From IMG/VR virus record IMGVR_UViG_3300004241_000046, positions 1 to 25,731 of that record: a stretch of DNA of 25,731 bases. The stretch is one strand, 5' to 3'. Below, piece after piece: positions 1-8,029 of this stretch (positions are counted from its first letter, which is position 1; each line of letters opens with the position of its first letter). Origin of the DNA: a virus. Lineage: Duplodnaviria > Caudoviricetes. The notes beneath the pieces are model-generated. The model searched no databases and was not told the origin of the DNA. It was given only the letters and a program-made list of their open reading frames with translations. The position numbers were made by a program, and so were the translations under genes.

Positions 1-1991
1 TCCCTGATTTCAGTAGAAATAACCTTGATGTCAGTTGAAACCTTCAGTTGTTTTTCCGGAACAACGTCTTTTTTCGCCGCTTTTGCAGAGACGGAGAACC
101 CGGAAACGGCCGCCTTCGCCGCGGACTGGTCAATCATAGAGCCCGCGGACTTCGGCGCAAAAAACGATGCCGGGTTCATTGCTGCCGCCACGGAAGAGGC
201 AACGGACGGAATCGACACGGAAGGCATTGCCGGAATTTCCGGAATCGCCGGAACGCCTTTCGCACCGATCCATGGACCGGGCTTTGCAGCTTCCGCCTTT
301 TTGCTCAAGTCCAAACCGGGGATCAGCTTGCCCATGATCGAGGTAAACCAGTCACCTCCAGACGCGGCGCTTTTTGCTGTCGGAATCGCCTGAATGACAG
401 AAGCAACCTTGTCCACGCTGTCTTTGATAGCCTGTTGCGTCGAGAGCTGTTTTTCGGCAATGTCCGACTTCGCGCCCGGCTGGTTGGCCAAAATCGTTTT
501 CCATGCTTCCTGTGAGCCTTTTTCCGCGAAGGCGGCATATTTGGGTTCTTCCACCTTTGCCGGTTCTATTTTCGCCTCTGGCTGGGCGACCTGAGCCACC
601 TCGATTTTAGCCGGTGTTTTGATCCCCTTTGCGTTATCTTTGTCGTATGCCTTTTCGAGTTTTTTGTCGAGTTTATCCTGATAGCCCGCATAACGCTTGT
701 CAATTTCAGCAAAGCGATTTTTTGTATCAGTCCATCCGGAATAATCAGCGTTTTTGAGCTGTGGCATATCGGAGACACCAGCCTTGCCAAGAGCAAGTTC
801 AGTATTTTTCCCAAAATTGGCAAAATCCTTTACTGCGTTTTCCGCAAGATTGGAGAACATTTTCGAGAAATTTTCTCCGATATTTTTAGGGTCTGTGATG
901 GATTTCCACAGGGCCTTTCCGAACTCCTTCCAATAGGCAAGAATCTGCTTCGGAATATACAGAAAAATGTCCAGAATATCTTTTCCTACCGCAATGGTAA
1001 TATCCCCCATATTGTCCCATATTTTTTCCCAGTTTTCATACAGCCAACCGCCCATGATTCCGATGTTCTGTATTCCGGCTGTGATTCCTGTCCAGATAGG
1101 GTCAAAAAGAACCCATATTTTTTCCGCCATTGCGCCAATCTGGAGACCTACAGAAGAAACGGAATAGGCTATTTCATGCATGTGATCCCGCAAATATGTA
1201 GCCCATGAGCCGAGCTTTTCTTTCAAAAAGTCGCCGATTCCAGAAAACGAAAACAATTCAAGAGCAATACCGCCGAGACCTTCCTGAACGTCACCGGAAG
1301 CGTTCTGAACCTGCTTCAACAATCCGCTTGAAGTCTGTGCCGCCGCTTCCGATGCACCTCCCCAACGTTTTTCAGCTTCTTCCAAAATAAGGAGCTGTGC
1401 CTCCTGCATTTTCCCGGCAGAAACAAGACTTTGAATATTTTCAAGCTGGGATTTAGTAAAAACAATTCCGTATCTTTCCAGTTTCGAAAGTCCTTCAGCC
1501 GGATCATTCAGGGCTTTTCCAAAAACCTGAACGGCTGAAGTGAGGTCAACATCCATGACAGTAGCCATATCCATGGCGGCTTTTTGAGTTTTTTTAAACA
1601 CGTCTCCATTGATGTTTTTGAATGACGCCATAACGCGCATAGAGGCAATCACGGCATCATCCTCATACATGGTCATATCCTGCAAGGAGGACGCATAATC
1701 CTCCATTTCGCGCTGTGAAAGTCCGGCTGAATATCCCGTCGCCTTGAGCACAGCACCCAACTTAGCAGACCCTAATTCTGCTTCTTTATATGCATCAATC
1801 GATCCGGCCGCAAATGACTGAAGCACGCTCAATCCAGATTGAATACCGGAAACAATCAGCCCTCCGATGGCCGCACCCTTTGCGATCTTCCCGACACTCG
1901 CAATCTGGTCACCAATGGACTTGATGTCATTGACGCTTTTTGTTGCGCCGTTGGATTTTATCTCAAGGGCAAATGTGGAATTCGAGGCCAT
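1..1991 (-). CDS. Tail tape measure protein (3' end runs off the window, >=663 aa)
   Basis: Absent from the ORF track because it has no stop in the window. ATG at 1991 follows a GGGAG SD. Translates MASNSTFALEIKSNGATKSVNDIKSIG...LQDMTMYEDDAV...FGKALNDPAEGLSKLERYGIVFT, a typical helical tape measure N-terminus. Lies directly after the tail chaperones. Confidence 0.92.
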   Translation of the reverse strand, partial: MASNSTFALEIKSNGATKSVNDIKSIGDQIASVGKIAKGAAIGGLIVSGIQSGLSVLQSFAAGSIDAYKEAELGSAKLGAVLKATGYSAGLSQREMEDYASSLQDMTMYEDDAVIASMRVMASFKNINGDVFKKTQKAAMDMATVMDVDLTSAVQVFGKALNDPAEGLSKLERYGIVFTKSQLENIQSLVSAGKMQEAQLLILEEAEKRWGGASEAAAQTSSGLLKQVQNASGDVQEGLGGIALELFSFSGIGDFLKEKLGSWATYLRDHMHEIAYSVSSVGLQIGAMAEKIWVLFDPIWTGITAGIQNIGIMGGWLYENWEKIWDNMGDITIAVGKDILDIFLYIPKQILAYWKEFGKALWKSITDPKNIGENFSKMFSNLAENAVKDFANFGKNTELALGKAGVSDMPQLKNADYSGWTDTKNRFAEIDKRYAGYQDKLDKKLEKAYDKDNAKGIKTPAKIEVAQVAQPEAKIEPAKVEEPKYAAFAEKGSQEAWKTILANQPGAKSDIAEKQLSTQQAIKDSVDKVASVIQAIPTAKSAASGGDWFTSIMGKLIPGLDLSKKAEAAKPGPWIGAKGVPAIPEIPAMPSVSIPSVASSVAAAMNPASFFAPKSAGSMIDQSAAKAAVSGFSVSAKAAKKDVVPEKQLKVSTDIKVISTEIR

Positions 1992-1998
1992 GAATAAA

Positions 1999-2027
1999 CT
2001 CCCTTTTTATTTTGTCGAGATGTCAAA
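1999..2027 (-). promoter_or_regulatory. Conserved late-gene upstream element, copy 1 (TTTGACATCTCGACAAAATAAAAAGGGAG)
   Basis: Near-identical elements at 6338-6365 and 7997-8023. Each ends in the SD of a structural gene. Confidence 0.75.
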
Positions 2028-2061
2028 TAAAAAAGGCCCCCGGAAACTGTCCGGGAGCCTT
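2028..2061 (-). terminator. Rho-independent terminator between tail chaperone T and tape measure gene
   Basis: Minus strand reads AAGGCTCCCGGA-CAGTT-TCCGGGGGCCTT-TTTTA, a GC-rich hairpin with a U tract just after the stop at 2060. Confidence 0.8.
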
Positions 2062-2380
2062 ACTTTTTACCGTATTTCCGTGCCGCGCGTTCCAGCATGT
2101 CGATTGCCGAATTTTCATCGTCCGCCTCTTCCCATCCCCAATCAATCAGCCTCGGCTTATGGGGTATCTGGGAACCTCCGAACGTCGCCTCAACACGCCC
2201 GATCCTATCAGCCAATTCATTGGCAAGGAAATCGAGGCGCGTTCCGAGGTCCGGCTCGAGACGCAGAAACGCGCACCATTCGGAAAATTCAGCGGAATCA
2301 ATTCTCCGCTGTGCCTCCCGAACCGACATTCCCATCTGCCACGCCAGCCGGAACCACATCCGGCGTTCCGCCCGCGTCCG
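2060..2380 (-). CDS. Tail assembly chaperone T portion (probably made as a G-T frameshift fusion)
   Basis: RTRAERRMWFRLAWQMGMSVREAQRRIDSAEFSEWCAF resembles gpT-type sequences. Overlaps G in the +1 frame. The ATG at 2359 has only a weak SD. Sits between G and tape measure. Confidence 0.75.
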   Translation of the reverse strand, partial: RTRAERRMWFRLAWQMGMSVREAQRRIDSAEFSEWCAFLRLEPDLGTRLDFLANELADRIGRVEATFGGSQIPHKPRLIDWGWEEADDENSAIDMLERAARKYGKK

Positions 2381-2732
2381 GAAAGGACTCTTTCGCCTTC
2401 CGCGCGGCCTCCGGAGTCATTCCATTGAGTTCAGAAGCGGCGTCAAAAATCCGGTTGAGCACAACCGCGTTTTTCTTTTCGAGTTCAGAAACGTCCGCGC
2501 GGGAGAAAAGAGTTTTTCCGGTCTCATCGCAAATGCACAGGGCGCAAATGAGCACACGAAGACCGGGATAACCGCCTTCCCCCTTAACAGACGAGACGAG
2601 CGAATCAACCGCGTCGCGGTCCTTTCCGGTCATTGTTTTTACATAGACGTCCCCGCCCCATTCGGGGACGGGGACCTTCTCGATTTTCGAGTCAATCGCG
2701 GCAAGAATCTGTTCTTTCGTCAACATCTTCAT
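2298..2732 (-). CDS. Tail assembly chaperone G
   Basis: LTKEQIL...VPVPEWGGDVYVKTMTGKDRD...ICDETGKTLF...LNRIFDAASELNG is a common siphovirus chaperone pattern. Strong AAGGAGGT SD. Follows the tail tube gene. Confidence 0.85.
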   Translation of the reverse strand: MKMLTKEQILAAIDSKIEKVPVPEWGGDVYVKTMTGKDRDAVDSLVSSVKGEGGYPGLRVLICALCICDETGKTLFSRADVSELEKKNAVVLNRIFDAASELNGMTPEAARKAKESFPDAGGTPDVVPAGVADGNVGSGGTAEN

Positions 2733-2738
2733 ACCTCC

Positions 2739-3104
2739 TTACGGCGCCACGACAACGGGCAGAATCGGCTTAAGGGTGATTTCCCGGATCATACGGTCCC
2801 CGCGCTTGAGCGCAAGAGCCGCCCTTTTGGATACGATCGCGGAGAATGTGGACGGAGTTTTCCCCGTGGCCGCATCATAGGTGATCGTAACCACTTTGGT
2901 AGTCCCGACGACGAACTTGGCAGCATCCGACTCCTGCACCTGCAAGGAAATTTCGTCCGAGTCATGCAGATCAGACGCAACGTACTCTTTGTTCGTCGAG
3001 GCGAGATTTGTATCGTCGATCAGTTCGGCGGTCTCTCCGTAATCGTTCGCGTCGTAAACCTTCACGGCATCTTCGCCCCATTTCACAACCGCTTTTGCAA
3101 ACAT
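2739..3104 (-). CDS. Putative major tail (tube) protein
   Basis: 121 aa with beta-rich pattern and 'ELIDDTNLASTNKEYVASDLHD' tail-tube-like segment. Lies between terminator and chaperone. AGGAGG SD. Confidence 0.7.
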   Translation of the reverse strand: MFAKAVVKWGEDAVKVYDANDYGETAELIDDTNLASTNKEYVASDLHDSDEISLQVQESDAAKFVVGTTKVVTITYDAATGKTPSTFSAIVSKRAALALKRGDRMIREITLKPILPVVVAP

Positions 3105-3122
3105 AATATGCCTCCTTTTGAG

Positions 3123-3539
3123 TTAGAGAAAACCTTCATTTTTAAAAACCAGAGACAGATTTCCGACAAAAAGCGGAAACTGTTCATCATACGTAAAAAA
3201 TCCGCACTGTGAGAGATAAAAACCATCGACCGCGCCGAGCAGCGCCTCCCGGATCGATCCGGCCAGCACATCAAGCGCATTGACACCAGAAAAAACGAGA
3301 ACGCCATCCTCATTTTCCGAACTCGATTCATCCACGATTCCGAAGTCGATATTGACGGAAAATTCGTCGGCATTATCGGTTTCAGCAATCGACGCCCCGG
3401 ACGTTCCCGGAGAAATCATAATAAACGGCGCGGAATCAACCTCAAACGGGATTGACTTATCCGTCCCGATCCGAACTTCGGAATCCGGTTTGTTCTCTTT
3501 CAGGACTTTTGCGATTGCTTCCAGATGCTCAAAAATCAT
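3123..3539 (-). CDS. Putative tail terminator/completion protein
   Basis: 138 aa acidic protein immediately before the tail tube gene. Call rests on size and synteny. Confidence 0.55.
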   Translation of the reverse strand: MIFEHLEAIAKVLKENKPDSEVRIGTDKSIPFEVDSAPFIMISPGTSGASIAETDNADEFSVNIDFGIVDESSSENEDGVLVFSGVNALDVLAGSIREALLGAVDGFYLSQCGFFTYDEQFPLFVGNLSLVFKNEGFL

Positions 3540-4120
3540 TTTCTACCCGCCTTTCTGATGATCGAATCAATACGCCCCTTAACGATCCGGGGCGCATCCG
3601 CCGCCAGCATGGGCTCAAACGGAGCGACAAACGAACGGGACGGCTTGAGATACCCAACACGCAACACTTGACGCACAGCAGTCTCCAGAATGCTGTTTTT
3701 ATCCTCTTTGGCACGGATCAGAAGCCCAATGAGCCAGCGTTTTTGTTCCGGCGTGAAAGTTTTCTGCCCGGACTCCTGGAGATGCTGGGAGGCTTTGGCC
3801 GCTGTCTGGGAAGCCGTAAAACCTACCATCATCGTTATTTCCGCGCCGCGTCCAGTGACCTTATAGCGCAAGGCATCCTGAAGTTTACCTCCATGGCCTT
3901 TGACCTTCTGTCCGCGCACCTTCCGGAGCGCCAACGTCAAAGCGGCCAACTCCGGAACGGAACCGTCCGGAGTCAAACCCTGTTTCAACGCCTTTTTGAT
4001 CCGCCCCCGGAACGCAATTCCGAGCGTGGACATGCCCCGCCGAAACTCTTTTGGAAATTCCGTGCGGAGCCGTTCAAGTTCTTTCCCGATTTCCGGGGCG
4101 TTTGTCTCGAAAGTAATCAC
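3536..4120 (-). CDS. Putative neck/tail completion (virion morphogenesis) protein
   Basis: 194 aa, very basic, with 'GKLQDAL' and 'PSRSFVAP' motifs typical of this class. 4-bp overlaps with both neighbours. Confidence 0.6.
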   Translation of the reverse strand: MITFETNAPEIGKELERLRTEFPKEFRRGMSTLGIAFRGRIKKALKQGLTPDGSVPELAALTLALRKVRGQKVKGHGGKLQDALRYKVTGRGAEITMMVGFTASQTAAKASQHLQESGQKTFTPEQKRWLIGLLIRAKEDKNSILETAVRQVLRVGYLKPSRSFVAPFEPMLAADAPRIVKGRIDSIIRKAGRK

Positions 4121-4422
4121 TTTTTGAACCTCTGGTCAGCGAAGACATTGAACACGATCATATCGCCGTCCATACGCGGAAAGGGCTGAATCTTGTAAGT
4201 CTTCCCCTTGATTACAACTTCATCTCCGGCGGTCGGAACTGTTTCAAGAGCATTTTCTTTGATCGAAACCTGTTTCCATGTCCCCGTTTTCGAGGAGAAA
4301 GCGCCAGCCGTCGCCACCGCTTCGGATTCAGTCACAACGGCGGGGACCGAAGTCCCCGCAATCGTTACCGTCTCCGAAAAGTAGGCGTCCGAAAGAAACC
4401 TGTCACTCGAAAACGGGTTCAT
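4117..4422 (-). CDS. Head-tail joining protein (gpFII/Gifsy-2-like)
   Basis: 101 aa beta-rich: 'FSETVTIAG..VPAVV...GDEVVIKGKTYKI'. Directly after the capsid gene. Confidence 0.65.
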   Translation of the reverse strand: MNPFSSDRFLSDAYFSETVTIAGTSVPAVVTESEAVATAGAFSSKTGTWKQVSIKENALETVPTAGDEVVIKGKTYKIQPFPRMDGDMIVFNVFADQRFKK

Positions 4423-4425
4423 GGA

Positions 4426-5325
4426 TTACCCCGCGGGCGGAGTCACTGAGTAGGTGATCCGGCAAATCTGGCCCGCATTTCCGACGGCCGCGCCGGTCAT
4501 GATGACCATTGCGAGGAAATACTTGCCGAGGTCAGCAGAATACCACTTGCGGAGCTGGATGGTAAATCCGGTGTCCGGGTCGGTCACGGTCTCAATTTCT
4601 CCCGGGAAGGTCTCGGGCACGGCAGGAACGCGCGAAACGACGATCAACCCTTCTTTGCCGCCGGCAAAACCGTTCAGTCCTTCCGGCATGGCGTTGTACT
4701 GAATGATGGGACTGAACCCGGCCAGCTGGTTAATCCGCCCGTATTTGATCACGTTGTCTCCGTTGTAGGCGGACGCGTTCTTGACGGCCGAGTCTTTCAG
4801 AAGCTTCGTGTAGAGCGTCGGATTAAGGATACAGCCACGGGAAAGCCCCACTTTCTGGGTAGTCAGCTGCTCTCCGACGTCCGTGAGGGAATCTGCGTCG
4901 AAAGCGTCCACAAACGCTTTGTAGTTCGCGAAGTTTCCGGCGGTCACGAGAGCCAGAACCTTGGTGATCATTCCGGCGGCAATGGCATTGATTCCAGGAG
5001 AAATAAACCGCTCCATGAGGTCGATATTGGACTTGCTCCATTCGGAATCCGTAAAGCCCAAAACAAGCCCCTCGGGATCACCGATCGAAACCGTCCGGGA
5101 GGTCAGGCTCGCATCTTGTGCGGCGGCGGCATATCCACCCGCCCCAATCGTGCCAGAAGTCGGCTGTCCGGCGAGGTGAGTCGTAACAGACTGCCCAGCG
5201 ACCGCGATTTCATCGCTGAAATCTTTGGAAAAAACATCAAAGGCGGGAAGAACATTCACCAGCGTTTCAAGCGAACGCTGGGAAATTTCGGCGAGAGAGA
5301 CATTTTGAAGCGTATTACCGGGCAT
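4426..5325 (-). CDS. Major capsid protein (HK97 fold)
   Basis: 299 aa, follows protease/scaffold gene, AAGGAG SD. 'DFSDE...GQSVT', 'GRINQLAGF' and 'DPDTGFTIQLR' match patterns of coat proteins of the P22-coat-like family. Confidence 0.85.
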   Translation of the reverse strand: MPGNTLQNVSLAEISQRSLETLVNVLPAFDVFSKDFSDEIAVAGQSVTTHLAGQPTSGTIGAGGYAAAAQDASLTSRTVSIGDPEGLVLGFTDSEWSKSNIDLMERFISPGINAIAAGMITKVLALVTAGNFANYKAFVDAFDADSLTDVGEQLTTQKVGLSRGCILNPTLYTKLLKDSAVKNASAYNGDNVIKYGRINQLAGFSPIIQYNAMPEGLNGFAGGKEGLIVVSRVPAVPETFPGEIETVTDPDTGFTIQLRKWYSADLGKYFLAMVIMTGAAVGNAGQICRITYSVTPPAG

Positions 5326-5337
5326 AATTCATACTCC

Positions 5338-6330
5338 TTATTTGGATTTCATTTCGTTCCTGTGTTCTCTCCAGAAGAGCGTTTTATCAGACGCGGAAAG
5401 CGTCGAATACTGCTTCCAGAGTTCTTCTTTCGACTTCGACGGCTCCGACATGGAAACAGGCGGCGCGCCGGCGGGAGGCAGAGCGGAAAGTTTCTGTTTC
5501 AGCTCATTGTTTTCCTGTTCCAGCGTTTTTACCTTGGTTTCCAGCGCGAGTTTGTCGCTGTCTTCCGCATGTTCCGGAGCCGGAGCGGGTGCCGGTGCGG
5601 GCTGTTCCGGAGTGTCTGCGCCCGTATTGGTGAGTCCCGTCGCGGGCTGGTTTCCCTCTGCGCCAGCGGCGGAATTTGTTTCGGTGGTATTCGCCGGAGT
5701 CTGGGTGAGCTGCGCGGCAATCGGCGGTTCGGAAAGCACGAATTTTGCCTCGGTCACATTGCGCGGGGCGGGAGTCTGTCCCTGGCTCAAAAGAGTCGAA
5801 GACGTATTCGGGTCCACGCCCTCTTTGCAGATTGCGCAAGATCGGAGCGACCAGTTCCGAAAGATGACGCCGGGGCCTTCAAACTTCTGGCCGTTGACCT
5901 CGGCAAACTGCCTTTCACTGACGACTTCGATGTCAAACGCCCCGGAAAAATCGATGCTGGCCTGCTGGGGAATATCATTGGACAGGTTGTAAATGATCCG
6001 GTTCGCCTCATGCGTCGGATTATCCGCGTTCGGAATGATCGTGGCGTCAATCTCAACGCCCCATTCGGTCAGATACGGACGGCCATAACCGATTTCATTT
6101 CCGTGCGAGTCGTCAATGGCCAGCCGGGGCGGCATGGACATAGTGGAAAAATCATGCGTCATTTTTCCGAACCAGAAACTATCAACGCTCATTTTCGAGC
6201 GTGCCTTGATATGCACCTTCATGCTTTTCCCGGCGGCATCTGGCTTTTCGGACAACTGCACGGGATCGGAAGCCACCAGCCGCATAGCGGCGGCGGGCGG
6301 AGCGGCTTTGAATTTTTCGGGGATCGGCAT
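5338..6330 (-). CDS. Prohead protease / scaffolding protein
   Basis: N-terminal domain with candidate catalytic His (IDDSH) and Ser (QQASI). C-terminal Pro/Ala/Thr-rich linker and coiled coil. Lies between portal and capsid. Confidence 0.8.
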   Translation of the reverse strand: MPIPEKFKAAPPAAAMRLVASDPVQLSEKPDAAGKSMKVHIKARSKMSVDSFWFGKMTHDFSTMSMPPRLAIDDSHGNEIGYGRPYLTEWGVEIDATIIPNADNPTHEANRIIYNLSNDIPQQASIDFSGAFDIEVVSERQFAEVNGQKFEGPGVIFRNWSLRSCAICKEGVDPNTSSTLLSQGQTPAPRNVTEAKFVLSEPPIAAQLTQTPANTTETNSAAGAEGNQPATGLTNTGADTPEQPAPAPAPAPEHAEDSDKLALETKVKTLEQENNELKQKLSALPPAGAPPVSMSEPSKSKEELWKQYSTLSASDKTLFWREHRNEMKSK

Positions 6331-6334
6331 AACA

Positions 6335-7744
6335 TCACTCCTTTTTATCTTGTTGAGATGTCAAATCGGATTCATCTTTCTGCGTGGTCGTCGGTGCTCC
6401 GGGACTGGCAACCGAAACCGTCACGCCCTTTTCCTTGAGATATTTTTCCTCCGCCGCCAGCGCGTCCGCGTTCCGGAAGAAATTTCCGGTCCCGAGTTCC
6501 TTAGAAATATTCGCGCGGGTGGTCAACCCCTTTTCCAGCAGTTTGATCCGGGAATCAACTTCCGCCGGAATGTCAATAACGAAAGAGGCCGTCGGAATCC
6601 ACTCCCAGTTGACGGACTCATACGTCATTCCGCGCGGGAGCTTCAAGGCTCCGGAAAGAATATCGTAACGGAGGATAAAATCAGTAATGTCGTCATAGAC
6701 GGCCAACATCTTGGCGCGTTCGTCAGACGTAGCGTTTTTATACCGGTTGAGGTCGGAACGGGATGCGGAATAGTTGCCGCTGGAGGAGTCATACATCGTG
6801 TAAGGAATATTGAGCGAGCAAAGAATCTGCCTTAAAAGGAACGTTGCAAAGTTCAGAAATTCCATCGGCGGGGTATTCGACTCCAAAAACTGGGCCTTTT
6901 CATCCTTCTCCAGCTCCAGCTTCAAGCCCGGACGAATTTCATAATCCAGCTTCGGCTTGGTTTCTTCCGTGGAAGTATTTTCATAACCAAAGTCATACGC
7001 GCCCTTTTTGCCGTGATCGCGGTAAATCACAATCCCGAACATGGCCGCAATCTTGGCTTTCAAGAGATAATAACTTTCCGCGTCCATCACGTCACGCGCG
7101 GAATTGATAACCGGCATGAGCGGAGACACGCCGCGCGTCTGGTTCGCCTTGATAAAATAGCCGTCGAAAACCATATTTTCCGCGTCTACGAGGCTTTCAA
7201 AGCGTGATCCGGACTTATCTTTTACGCAAACCGCGTATTTCACTGCGCGCCCGTGTTTATCCAACACGAGACCGTTTCCCGTTACGTTCGACGGGGAGCC
7301 GGGCATGTTGGCAATTTGCCACGCTTCCAGAAGCTGAAGCATCCCGCGGTTTGTCTTGATGATCGCCGCGTCACCGTCCCAGATTTTGGAGGCCATGAAC
7401 GCCCGGCAGATCGTGTCAAGGGACATGCGCCCGGCAATGTCAATCTTATTTTTTCCAAAGCGTTCGTAACAATATTCTTCCAGATAAGAATTGAACGCCA
7501 TGTCCGGTGTCCGCGCCTGAAAACTGAAAGATGATGTGTAGGAAAGGTGCTGGTTCACCGCCCAGCCAACGACAATAAAATTTTGTTCCAGATCGCGGGT
7601 CAGCGCCCAGGAGAGTTTTCGTTTTCCTCCGGAAAGCGCTTCATCCACGGTGACAATCGACGGGTTCGGAAGCGGACGGGAGGGTGACTGCACAAGCGCA
7701 CGGTAAGCCCAACGGGCAATAGCCTGTTTTACCTGATTCACCAT
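6335..7744 (-). CDS. Portal protein, lambda family
   Basis: 469 aa with 'DGDA', 'QTRGVSPL', 'AKIAAMF' and 'NYSASR' motifs characteristic of lambda gpB-like portals. Confidence 0.93.
   Translation of the reverse strand: MVNQVKQAIARWAYRALVQSPSRPLPNPSIVTVDEALSGGKRKLSWALTRDLEQNFIVVGWAVNQHLSYTSSFSFQARTPDMAFNSYLEEYCYERFGKNKIDIAGRMSLDTICRAFMASKIWDGDAAIIKTNRGMLQLLEAWQIANMPGSPSNVTGNGLVLDKHGRAVKYAVCVKDKSGSRFESLVDAENMVFDGYFIKANQTRGVSPLMPVINSARDVMDAESYYLLKAKIAAMFGIVIYRDHGKKGAYDFGYENTSTEETKPKLDYEIRPGLKLELEKDEKAQFLESNTPPMEFLNFATFLLRQILCSLNIPYTMYDSSSGNYSASRSDLNRYKNATSDERAKMLAVYDDITDFILRYDILSGALKLPRGMTYESVNWEWIPTASFVIDIPAEVDSRIKLLEKGLTTRANISKELGTGNFFRNADALAAEEKYLKEKGVTVSVASPGAPTTTQKDESDLTSQQDKKE
6338..6365 (-). 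promoter_or_regulatory. Conserved late-gene upstream element, copy 2 (TTTGACATCTCAACAAGATAAAAAGGAG)
   Basis: Embedded in the last codons of the portal gene, upstream of the protease ATG at 6330. Confidence 0.75.
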
Positions 7745-7989
7745 TGTTCCGGCCCTCTGGGAATGTTGGCGTATGAGACAGACACCTTTTGAGTCCTCGC
7801 ATCCGCCTGAATTTCCCCGTTTGCAATCGCACGATCACGGTAAAAATCGGAAACGGACTTGAGTTTGTCGATATCAAGAGCCGTATAGGACCGGCCATTA
7901 AAAGAGGCGGAAGCCTTTCCATCCACGAGAAGCTCATAGATGGCCGCTTCCGCCGCCTCGTAAATTTCCTTCGCTGTTTTTACCGCCAT
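7738..7989 (-). CDS. Head completion protein, gpW-like
   Basis: Start reassigned to ATG 7989 (AAGGAG SD). MAVKTAKEIYEAAEAAIYELLVDGKASASFNGRSYTALDIDKLK has the gpW helix-hairpin-helix pattern. Lies between terminase and portal. Confidence 0.8.
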   Translation of the reverse strand: MAVKTAKEIYEAAEAAIYELLVDGKASASFNGRSYTALDIDKLKSVSDFYRDRAIANGEIQADARTQKVSVSYANIPRGPEQW

Positions 7990-7996
7990 GATAAAA

Positions 7997-8023
7997 CTCC
8001 TTTTATCATGGAGAGATGTCAAA
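7997..8023 (-). promoter_or_regulatory. Conserved late-gene upstream element, copy 3 (TTTGACATCTCTCCATGATAAAAGGAG)
   Basis: Intergenic between terminase stop and gpW-like start. A second TTTGACA overlaps the terminase stop codon. Confidence 0.75.
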
Positions 8024-8029
8024 GTCTTG

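Noticed and set aside
5928-5937. Partial late motif TTTGACATCG inside the protease gene
   Set aside because: Lacks the downstream CA..ATAAAAGGAG half and is explained by coding sequence (FDIE).
7990-8022. Track start of the gpW-like ORF at 8022 (TTG)
   Set aside because: This stretch is the regulatory motif plus SD. ATG 7989 is the better start.
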